Shown here piece after piece: positions 38,105 to 46,058 of a stretch of DNA of 64,000 nucleotides (position 1 is its first letter; each line of letters opens with the position of its first letter). The notes under the pieces are model-generated. The model did not search any database. It saw only the letters and a list, made by a program, of their open reading frames with translations, and was not told where the DNA came from. The position numbers were made by a program, and so were the translations under genes. The stretch is from Candidatus Latescibacterota bacterium (GTDB taxonomy: Bacteria; Latescibacterota; UBA2968; GCA-2709665): NCBI GenBank assembly GCA_965237675.1, contig OZ250150.1, positions 736,001 through 800,000 on the forward strand, in the 5' to 3' direction.

Positions 38105-38225
38105 GGAACTCCTCCCTCGCCTCAAGATATGCCTCGTCGCTCGGATAATTTTCCGGTATAAATATGTCTGTATTCGGAATTCTCGGAATATCCTTTGCTA
38201 CTTCACTTGTTGGCCTCAAACTCAT
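38034..38225 (-). CDS. Small protein translationally coupled to the transposase
   Basis: Its ATG overlaps the transposase TGA (ATGA). Contains PENYPSDEAYLEAREEF. Confidence 0.5.
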   Translation of the reverse strand: MSLRPTSEVAKDIPRIPNTDIFIPENYPSDEAYLEAREEFLKVCAESEARVARGKHPYLTSPE

Positions 38226-39166
38226 GCCGTCAGTTCCTCATATTTAAGCCGCTTGCCGATCATGTCCCGGACGATCCACCCCATCTGGACAATCGTATCG
38301 GCCTCGCGGGCGTTGTGTCTTCCTGCAAACTCCGCAACGTACCGCCCAAGATGTTTTACGCTCAGCCGGTGATACGTTCCGTGATAACCCCTCTTGAGTA
38401 ACGCCCAGAAGGACTCCAAACCGTTCGTAGACGCTTGCCCGTCCACGTACTCCCCAGCACTGTGTTTCACCTGTTTGTGATGCACGCCGGACAAGCCTTG
38501 GTACGCAGTCGCTTCGTCCGTAAACACCTGCGCGCCCGGCGCAACCCTGTGATATACAAACTGCTTCAAAGTCTTACCGTCAACAGCCGCCGCAACCTCA
38601 GCGTCAATACGGCCCGTCTCCCGGTCTTTCGCCCCCACCACCGCCGTCTTGCCTACCGTACCACGTCCGGCGTGGAGTTTCTTTTTGGCATGTTTGTTCT
38701 TCTCTTTCCCGCCGATATACGTTTCATCTACCTCTACCGGCCCGGAGAAGAAATCGCCCTCATTCTCGAAAGCCTTGCGGATGCGGTGCGCCAGGTGCCA
38801 TGCGTTCTTCTGGGCGATGTCGAGATCCCGGTGTAACTTCATTGACGATACACCTTTGATGTTTGTGGTGAAAAGGTAGATCGCAATAAGCCAGTCATGG
38901 TATCCCAATTTGGAAGATTGCATGACCGTTCCAACACGGACGCTAAAACGCTTCCGGCAACCGTTACGTCGGCACCGCAAGGGCATGGACTTATGGGCCG
39001 TCCCGATCTGGATGTTGTCATAACCGCAATAAGGGCACCGGGGGCCTTCCGGCCAGCGGATGCGGGAGAAGAACACTTCCGCCGCTGCATCGTCGGGAAA
39101 CACCTTGAACAGTTTCTTGAGAGAAATCCCTTTTCTGTGATTTTTCCCCGGCCCCTTCGGTCCCAT
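38222..39166 (-). CDS. IS1595-family (ISXO2-like) DDE transposase
   Basis: Zn ribbon CPYC...CRRNGC, HTH SSMKLHRDLDI, VEVDETYIGG, VFTDE, V.HS..EYV, TNGLESFW, KHLGRYVAEF..RHN. Confidence 0.95.
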   Translation of the reverse strand: MGPKGPGKNHRKGISLKKLFKVFPDDAAAEVFFSRIRWPEGPRCPYCGYDNIQIGTAHKSMPLRCRRNGCRKRFSVRVGTVMQSSKLGYHDWLIAIYLFTTNIKGVSSMKLHRDLDIAQKNAWHLAHRIRKAFENEGDFFSGPVEVDETYIGGKEKNKHAKKKLHAGRGTVGKTAVVGAKDRETGRIDAEVAAAVDGKTLKQFVYHRVAPGAQVFTDEATAYQGLSGVHHKQVKHSAGEYVDGQASTNGLESFWALLKRGYHGTYHRLSVKHLGRYVAEFAGRHNAREADTIVQMGWIVRDMIGKRLKYEELTA

Positions 39167-39195
39167 CTCATCAACCCCCACAAAGGAGAACTACT

Positions 39196-39441
39196 ATGCC
39201 TCAAAACGAAAAACACACATGGACAACAGGTGAACTCGCCGCTACTTCTTTTCTTGCCATACGGGAAATCATTCGATCCCTCGACGACGAAACTCGACAA
39301 TCTCTTTCGGAAAACCTTCATCGTCGAGCTCTTGAGATTCAACAAGGGACATTATCAATTCATTTTCCTGGGCAAATTGACGGTGTTGTCGCCGAGAGTC
39401 TTCTATTGCTCTCGAAATACTCTGCCACTCCTGAATCCTAA
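39196..39441 (+). CDS. Hypothetical cargo protein (81 aa), antisense-overlapping
   Basis: AAAGGAG RBS at 39182-39188; helical protein-like composition. Confidence 0.45.
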   Translation: MPQNEKHTWTTGELAATSFLAIREIIRSLDDETRQSLSENLHRRALEIQQGTLSIHFPGQIDGVVAESLLLLSKYSATPES

Positions 39442-39457
39442 TAGCGTCCATTCCCAT
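39269..39457 (-). CDS. Small protein (62 aa) between the element promoter and the transposase
   Basis: AAAGGAG RBS, directly downstream of the sigma70-like promoter at 39502-39530. Confidence 0.5.
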   Translation of the reverse strand: MGMDAIRIQEWQSISRAIEDSRRQHRQFAQENELIMSLVESQELDDEGFPKEIVEFRRRGIE

Positions 39458-39501
39458 CGAACATCACTCCTTTAAACTTGTATCGTCTTTGTTTACAATT
39501 A

Positions 39502-39530
39502 AATATAACGATTTTATTAAGGCTTGTCAA
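39502..39530 (-). promoter_or_regulatory. Sigma70-type promoter just inside the transposon end
   Basis: TTGACA-N17-TATATT on the minus strand, pointing towards the transposase. Confidence 0.75.
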
Positions 39531-39570
39531 GCTAATTCTTGGCACTTTGGGTTATAATTCCCTAAAATAT

Positions 39571-39975
39571 GGCTTCATTTCCGGTGGCGGAGGTAAGTGG
39601 TATAGTAGCTCGCTAAAAATGCTGGAGAAGGGTGCCCGTGTCTGGGTAAAGATTCCTGGCAAGGGGTTCGTGGGCGTAGCCCGAATTAAAGGGTCAAGGC
39701 AATCAGCTACGGAGTTTAAGCTTGATGACGGACGTCCAGCGCTTGAAGTGTTGCAGGCGAAACACCACCGCGATGTCGGAGACGACCCCGAATTGATGGA
39801 ATACTTCGTGCCGGTCAAATGGCTCGATACTGTTTCAGTTGGCAAAGCCGTTCGGGAGCCTGGTATGTTTGGCAACCAGAACACTGTCTGTAAACCCAAA
39901 TCGAAAAAATGGCAGCCAACAATCGATAAATTGAAAGACGTTTTCAGAAAGTTTGACGACGAGTTTGAAATGTAA
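39571..39975 (+). pseudogene. 3' half of the interrupted endonuclease (EVE/PUA-like domain)
   Basis: After the second TSD the frame continues GFISGGGGKWYSSSLKMLEKGARVWVKIPGKGFVGVARI...GNQNTVCK. It joins in frame to give 362 aa. Confidence 0.9.
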
Positions 39976-40811
39976 CATTTCGTAGGAGCCTGTCGAAATC
40001 CCTCAGGCAGACACTCACGTCATATTATATATAATGGAATTTCGTAACTTTATATCGATATTTAGTATATCGACGCCTACGACGGGAGGTCCTCCGAAGG
40101 GCTCCTGGTCAACGGCACCGAAATTGCATACATCGATCTCCAAGACAAACTGGTACCCGCGTTCATCGGTTCGTCATTCACAACCTTGTAGATTGGTGCA
40201 AGTCAAACAAACACGCAATGATAAATGCCTGATAGTATTAAAATTCCACTTGTGATATCGATAGATTTATCGATACTATTTACTGCAAAGGAAAACGAAT
40301 CTGCAACGAAGTTCTGGCACGAGCGATATTTACATGGGTCAGATCCAAAGATTCCTGAAAAGAGCCGTGCGTGGGTTTTTGCTGTTTCTGGGTTTTCAAG
40401 TGCCCTGTAAAGTATACGAAATGGTCGAATTGTGATATTCGTAGTGCAGTCTGCATTATGCGTGTTCGGTGGACGTGTTGTGGATGTTCTGCCATGGCGG
40501 GGGGCGAGGTTTAAGGTGGCGCAACTGAGAATAATTGCCCAAATTGAGCAAACGGAATCCACGCCCCAATAGGAATTACACATTCGCCGCCACGGACCTA
40601 ATGGTGCTGAAAATGAGATTTGGCAAATGCCCTCGGTAGCTACGCTGCACGTCTAACCGATACCCATTGCGGGGAATCGAGGCAATGGGACGCGAACGCA
40701 TTGCGGTTCCTTCTGACGGAGCCGAATCGATGAGCGGACCTGTATCCGTTATGCGATCGAATTCAGCGAAATGTCCGTGTTAGTTGACAGCTACTGGAGA
40801 GAGCCGTTAAG

Positions 40812-41513
40812 ATGCGAATCGAGCCGGAAATCAGTGGCGTAACTGTCGTCTTACTAGGCGATTTCAACCCGGCAATTTTCACACCGGCATGGTTCGCACT
40901 GCACGGCCTCCTCCCCGAAAGCGTCGTCGAGGACGCCGACTTGCAGATCGCCCACCCGCATGTGACGCAATTCGCGGCCGACTGGCTTCGCCTGCACGTC
41001 ACGGCCGCTCGTTTTCTCGTCGAGACCTTGCAGTCACCACACGTTCGCCTGCGCGACCTCGTCGCACGGACATTCAAGGAGTACCTGCACCATACGCCCG
41101 TTAGGGCGTTTGGAATCAACCGTGACGTTCATTTCCGGGTGAAGAGTTTCGCGGAACGGGATCGAATTGGCAGGATACTGGCGCCCGTTAAACCTTGGGG
41201 GACTTGGGGGCACGCTCTCGGACTGGATGGCGAGAATAATGGTATGAGGTCGCTAACGATGTCGCAAATGGACCCCGGGGGAAGGCCATCCGGGGGTAAA
41301 ATCAACATTACGATCCAGCCGTCCAATAAAATTGACAAGGCTCGACCTGGTGTCTACGTGGGAGTCAACGATCACTATGCTATCGAGGATTCCGAGTTGG
41401 AAACGGCCAAACATTTGATGGATCTATTCGATGGCAATTTTGAGACCTCTCTTCAGCGTAGCGACGGCATTATTGACCACATCATGTCCTTAGCAGAGAA
41501 AGAGGAGAAATAG
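40812..41513 (+). CDS. Conserved hypothetical protein (TIGR04255-like?), gene 1 of a three-gene operon
   Basis: VVLLGDFNPAIFTPAWF...HTPVRAFGINRDVHF...VYVGVNDHY. The family assignment is tentative. Confidence 0.75.
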   Translation: MRIEPEISGVTVVLLGDFNPAIFTPAWFALHGLLPESVVEDADLQIAHPHVTQFAADWLRLHVTAARFLVETLQSPHVRLRDLVARTFKEYLHHTPVRAFGINRDVHFRVKSFAERDRIGRILAPVKPWGTWGHALGLDGENNGMRSLTMSQMDPGGRPSGGKINITIQPSNKIDKARPGVYVGVNDHYAIEDSELETAKHLMDLFDGNFETSLQRSDGIIDHIMSLAEKEEK

Positions 41514-41516
41514 CTC

Positions 41517-42122
41517 ATGTTGCCTGCGGCTCGATCCACAGCGATCCAACACGCCAATTGGCATGAAGGCCTGACTGATATTGATGAAGATGCCGTGAGT
41601 CAAAGCGTCGTCCCGAATGCGCACCAAGCCATCCGCTCCGCCGTAGAGCAAAGCACGAACTCAGCGACAACAAGCGTCAATGCCCAAGATCCGGAAGCGG
41701 TGACGATGCCACTATTTAACAATCGTGAACAGGCCGGCGATCTACTCTCCGGTATAGTTTTGCTGCTCGAACCGCAAGAACACCGTCCTGCGCCTGTGAC
41801 CTTCCACGCCTTACAAGAATGGGAAGGCTACGTCACTGAGATTAAGGAAACGGAGTTCACAGCACGCCTGACCGACCTGACGTCCGGGGCGAATTATGCG
41901 AGCGAAGAAGCGAATATACCGCTGGACGAAATATCTGAAGACGACGCGGCCAAGATGCAGGTCGGTAGCATCTTCCGCTGGGTAATCGGCTACGAGCGCA
42001 GGGGGGGTTCGAAAAAGCGGGTTTCCCAGATCGTGTTGCGCGACCTTCCCATGATCACGAAGTCCGACCTGCGAGATGGGCGGGAATGGGCACATAGTAT
42101 CGTAGCGACTTTCCAGCAATGA
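41517..42122 (+). CDS. Hypothetical protein with a low-complexity N-terminus and a beta-rich C-terminal domain, gene 2
   Basis: LQEWEGYVTEI...FTARLTDL...EEANIPLDEISEDD...VGSIFRWVIGY. Starts 3 nt after gene 1. Confidence 0.75.
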   Translation: MLPAARSTAIQHANWHEGLTDIDEDAVSQSVVPNAHQAIRSAVEQSTNSATTSVNAQDPEAVTMPLFNNREQAGDLLSGIVLLLEPQEHRPAPVTFHALQEWEGYVTEIKETEFTARLTDLTSGANYASEEANIPLDEISEDDAAKMQVGSIFRWVIGYERRGGSKKRVSQIVLRDLPMITKSDLRDGREWAHSIVATFQQ

Positions 42123-43213
42123 CGGATGCCGCCACATCGTTAGACCGGCCGGGTGAGGACGAGATTGAGGTTGTTTTACTTGGACCCGGTTATGGCGAAA
42201 GCATCGTCCTGCATACAGGCCATGGTAGTTGGGTGATCGTTGATTCCTGCATCAACACCGAAGGAAAACCACGCGCGCTAGAGTACTTAGACAGCATTGG
42301 TGTCAACGCGGGGCAACAGGTTGATTTGGTTGTAGCGACGCACTGGCACGACGATCATATACGTGGGATGGCAACCCTCGTCGAGGTCTGCAGCAGGGCT
42401 GACTTCTGTTGTGCAAACACACTCCTCAACAAGGAGATTCTCGCAGCCATCGACGCTTTGGAGGCACGTCACCTAACCGTGGAAGGTTCAGGCGTTCGAG
42501 AAATCTACCACATTCTTAAATGGCTTCAGTCGAAGTCGTTTCGACCGAAGTTTGCGTCGGCCAATCGAAAGATTCATTCACAAGGCAAGTGTGAAATCTG
42601 GTCTTTGTCGCCGAGTGACGCCGCGTTTCAGAGTTTTCTGCAAACGGTCGGCGCTCTATTCCCCAGAGAAGGTGAGACGAAGACCCGGATTCCATCCATT
42701 TCCCCGAACGATTTTTCCGTCGTCCTGTGGATCGATATTGACGATGTTGTCGTCCTGTTAGGATCGGATCTGGAAAGAAATGGATGGATTGAAATACTGA
42801 ATAGCAGGGAACGTCCGAAAGAGAAAGTGTCGGTATTTAAGGTTCCACACCACGGATCAGAGGGCGCGGATGAACCGAAGGTGTGGAAGAGTATGCTTGC
42901 GTCAGATCCGTACGCACTCCTCGCACCGTGGCGTAGAGGCAACCGCACCTTACCCAGCCAAAAGGATGTACAGAGGATACTTTCTTATACTCCAAACGCC
43001 TATGCGAGCGCGAAAGGGGATCGGACTGCTCGTTCTCCCAGATACGCCAATCGTGCGGTTGCCCGAACTATCCGAAGTACCGGAATCAAGCTTCGAGAGT
43101 TGGATATGTCGCCAGGCGCGATTCGCCTGCGGCGACCTATCAATTCGAGTAAACGCTGGCAGGTCGAGACGTTCGGAGCCGCCTGCCATCTCGAAGACTT
43201 TGCGGTTGAGTGA
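42119..43213 (+). CDS. Metallo-beta-lactamase-fold hydrolase (ComEC/Rec2-like nuclease), gene 3
   Basis: GYGESIVL, IVDSC, THWHDDHIRG (HxHxDH), NDFSVVL, LLGSD, KVPHHGS. ATGA overlap with gene 2; no TM segments. Confidence 0.9.
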   Translation: MTDAATSLDRPGEDEIEVVLLGPGYGESIVLHTGHGSWVIVDSCINTEGKPRALEYLDSIGVNAGQQVDLVVATHWHDDHIRGMATLVEVCSRADFCCANTLLNKEILAAIDALEARHLTVEGSGVREIYHILKWLQSKSFRPKFASANRKIHSQGKCEIWSLSPSDAAFQSFLQTVGALFPREGETKTRIPSISPNDFSVVLWIDIDDVVVLLGSDLERNGWIEILNSRERPKEKVSVFKVPHHGSEGADEPKVWKSMLASDPYALLAPWRRGNRTLPSQKDVQRILSYTPNAYASAKGDRTARSPRYANRAVARTIRSTGIKLRELDMSPGAIRLRRPINSSKRWQVETFGAACHLEDFAVE

Positions 43214-43460
43214 AGTATCTTCGACAAATGGCCACGGTCGATTGCCGACACCGGCCTTATTGGAGGCTCGCTTCCGCTCGCGTATGCTGAGCGCAAAGCG
43301 AGCACGTGCGATTTTTGGTTGAAATAGCAGAGACTTTTTGTTTGGGATCCGATTCTTAATCAGTCAGTATGCGCCGGCAAAGGATGAGATCGAAGCAAGG
43401 CCGACCGGATCGCTCGTGGGAGAAACGCCAGTAACCGTTGCCGCAAATGTTGTCTAATTG

Positions 43461-43495
43461 AAAAACAGCCGATCTCCTTTGGATCGGCCTTTTTT
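43461..43495. terminator. Bidirectional intrinsic terminator
   Basis: AAAAACA-GCCGATC-TCCTTTG-GATCGGC-CTTTTTT between convergent genes. Confidence 0.8.
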
Positions 43496-43600
43496 ATTGA
43501 TTTGGCGTTGTTTAACCGAAGCGGATTCTATCATATTACACGGTAATACGATGTAACGCACCGGATTCTTGCGCCAGGAGCATGGAAATCTTTTCCTTCC

Positions 43601-44686
43601 CTACAGGCTGGCGTACGCCAGACCCAGAACGGCGATGATGCCTGTGGAGACGAGGCCCAGTGCAAAGGGGCGAACCCCTCCGGTCTTGAGCGCGCGGAAC
43701 TCGGTGATAAGGCCCACGGCTGCCATCGCTCCCGTAATCAGCCATTTGCCGGCGGACGCCAGCAGCAATCCCAGGTGGAATGTGCGGTCTCCGCCGCCGA
43801 GCAGGAAACGGTCCGTCATATGGACGGTGACTTCCGGTAGAAATCCCGTGGTTCTCAGAAACGCCAGCGCGAGGAAGAAGATGACAAACGTGGGAATCAG
43901 CCTGGCGTAGTTGACCCTTTGCCCCACGTAGACCTCCTGTTTGCGCCGCTGATGGGCGTACACCACGCCAAGAATAAAGAGCGCGGGACCAAGCAGTGAG
44001 ATCCGGGTGAGTTTGACAATTGTGGCGATTTCACCCGCGGACTGCCCGCCGGTGGGGTGGGCGAATCCGGCCGCGATGACCTGCGGCGTGGCGTGTATGG
44101 CCAGGCCGCACCATTCCCCGTAGGTCTCGGGTGACAGCAGAAGTAGCGTGCCCACGACCGGGAAAAGCAACATGGCCATGACGCCGAGCAGATTGACGGC
44201 GGCGATCGAAATCGCGATATCTTCTTCATCGGATTCAATAACAGGTGCGGCGGCAACGATGGCAGCGCTACCGCAGATGGCGGTGCCAATACCGATCAGC
44301 ATGGCCAGCTTGCGTTTGACGCTGACAAACCTGGACAGATACGGGGTCGCCAGAACGATGGCGGCGATGATGAACGCGGCGCCCACCAGAACCCGCATCC
44401 CGACCATCAGGAGGTTGTAGAAGTCCAGTCCAGCGCCCAGAAGGACGATGCCCATGGGCAGGATCCTTCTGATGACAAGGTCTGCCCCGGTCTTGAGCTG
44501 CGCGGTCGCGGGTATCAGGTTCCGAAGGATGAGGCCGAATAACAGAGCGAGGAGGACGGCGCTGATGGGGTGGCGGTTGTCGGACAGGGTGAACGGTGGG
44601 ACCGGATACTGGTGCAGGACGAACGCCAGCCATGTAAGCGCCGCACAGACCGCGATACCGGGCCAGGGGCTGGCGCGGTTCCACAT
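43601..44686 (-). CDS. YeiH-family (putative sulfate exporter) membrane protein
   Basis: GIVLLG, LIGIGTAICGSAAIVA, GLAIHATPQV, IVKLTRI. Start uncertain (ATG 44686 or slightly upstream). Confidence 0.88.
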   Translation of the reverse strand: MWNRASPWPGIAVCAALTWLAFVLHQYPVPPFTLSDNRHPISAVLLALLFGLILRNLIPATAQLKTGADLVIRRILPMGIVLLGAGLDFYNLLMVGMRVLVGAAFIIAAIVLATPYLSRFVSVKRKLAMLIGIGTAICGSAAIVAAAPVIESDEEDIAISIAAVNLLGVMAMLLFPVVGTLLLLSPETYGEWCGLAIHATPQVIAAGFAHPTGGQSAGEIATIVKLTRISLLGPALFILGVVYAHQRRKQEVYVGQRVNYARLIPTFVIFFLALAFLRTTGFLPEVTVHMTDRFLLGGGDRTFHLGLLLASAGKWLITGAMAAVGLITEFRALKTGGVRPFALGLVSTGIIAVLGLAYASL

Positions 44687-44775
44687 GGCGAGTTTTTTGC
44701 GGAACTGTCTTTCGAAGGCATCTTCACGACGGCTAAGATCCAAGCGTTCGGGTCTCCTTCGTTTATCCTTTGGGA

Positions 44776-45729
44776 CTACAACAGGACGCCGGTCTGGTAG
44801 TCCTTTTCCTGATTGAAGTACTCTTCCACGCTGAAGTAGCGGGTTCCCGTGTCGCACAGAATCGTGACAACGTTCTGACCCGGGTCGAGGCGTTCAGCGA
44901 CCTGTCGGGCCGCGACCACGGCCGCGCCGGAAGAGATACCCACGAGGAGAGACTCCTCTCTGGCCAGGGCCTGGGTCATATTGAAGGCCGCGCGGTCCTC
45001 CACGGAGATAACGTCATCGATGATGCCGCGGTTGAGAATGGCAGGGATAAACCCCGCGCCGATCCCTTCGATGGCGTGGGGGCCGTGCGATTTCCCGCTG
45101 AGCACCGCCGAGGCGGCCGGCTCGACGGCGACGATGCGGACGTTCGGAATGGCGCCCTTGAGGGCCTCGCCCGCGCCGGTTATCGTGCCGCCGGTGCCGA
45201 CACCGGCGACAAACGCCGCGATATTTCCTTCCACCGTCTCCAGGATCTCGGGACCGGTGGTCTTCCGGTGAACGTCCGGGTTCGCCGGGTTTTCGAATTG
45301 CCGGAGTTCGATGCAGTTGGGGTTCTGCGCAACGATCTCCCTCGCTTTTCGTACGGCGCCCGCCATGTCCTGGTCGCCTGGCGTCAGCATGACTTCCGCG
45401 CCATAGCGGGTCACGAGAGCGCGCCGCTCGAAGCTCATTGTCTCAGGCATCGTGAGAATGAGACGGTAGTTGAACTGTGCGCAAATCATCGCCAGTCCGA
45501 TGCCGGTATTTCCACTGGTAGCCTCCACGATGGCCATCCCGCGTTTCAGCCTGCCGGTTCGTTCGGCATCCCGGATCATACTCAGGGCGATGCGGTCCTT
45601 CACGCTGCCGCCCGGATTAAGGTATTCGAGCTTGGCGAGAATCGCGGCGGCGCCGGGCGGCGAGAGATTGTTGAGCCGGACCATCGGGGTCCGGCCGATG
45701 AGGTCCGCGATCCGGTTGTGCATTGCCAT
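44776..45729 (-). CDS. cysK: Cysteine synthase A
   Basis: IGRTPMV, KLEYLNPGGSVKDRIA, EATSGNTGIG, QFENPAN, GVGTGGT, IEGIG, GISSGA. Confidence 0.95.
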   Translation of the reverse strand: MAMHNRIADLIGRTPMVRLNNLSPPGAAAILAKLEYLNPGGSVKDRIALSMIRDAERTGRLKRGMAIVEATSGNTGIGLAMICAQFNYRLILTMPETMSFERRALVTRYGAEVMLTPGDQDMAGAVRKAREIVAQNPNCIELRQFENPANPDVHRKTTGPEILETVEGNIAAFVAGVGTGGTITGAGEALKGAIPNVRIVAVEPAASAVLSGKSHGPHAIEGIGAGFIPAILNRGIIDDVISVEDRAAFNMTQALAREESLLVGISSGAAVVAARQVAERLDPGQNVVTILCDTGTRYFSVEEYFNQEKDYQTGVLL

Positions 45730-46058
45730 GGGGTTGCTCCGGAAAAATATGAAGACGCGACCGGGCCGCGCCTGCCGCGAATTGCGGGTAGAGTACCAAG
45801 AATGACATGGGGTGTCATCGGGAAACGTGACCGGACCCGGCAGAAACCGGTCACCCAGTCCCGCTCGCCGGTCCAGGCGGAAAAACCGTGTCGTCGCGGA
45901 AAAGCCCACGTTCCATCGGGCAGCCGGTACGAATCGTTTCGGTCCACACGCGGCGCACAAAACAAGTCGTTTTTCTTTTTCCTTTTTCCCGTTTTCCTGC
46001 TTACTTTGCTCCTAAAGGGCACAATTCTCAATTCGACGGGAACGAAAGGAACTTTGAA

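Larger units (their letters stand above)
35622..39562 (-). mobile_element. IS1595-family cargo transposon (tIS), 3,941 bp
   Basis: Perfect 24-bp terminal inverted repeats GGGAATTATAACCCAAAGTGCCAA (35622-35645 and 39539-39562). 8-bp TSD TAAAATAT at 35614-35621 and 39563-39570. Internal IS1595 transposase. Confidence 0.95.

Noticed and set aside
39976-40650. Short ORFs between the nuclease and the three-gene operon
   Set aside because: Overlapping short frames on both strands, with no RBS or motifs.
45730-46058. SAM or other riboswitch upstream of cysK
   Set aside because: Only a generic hairpin (GTGACCGG...CCGGTCAC) is present; conserved SAM-I motifs were not found.
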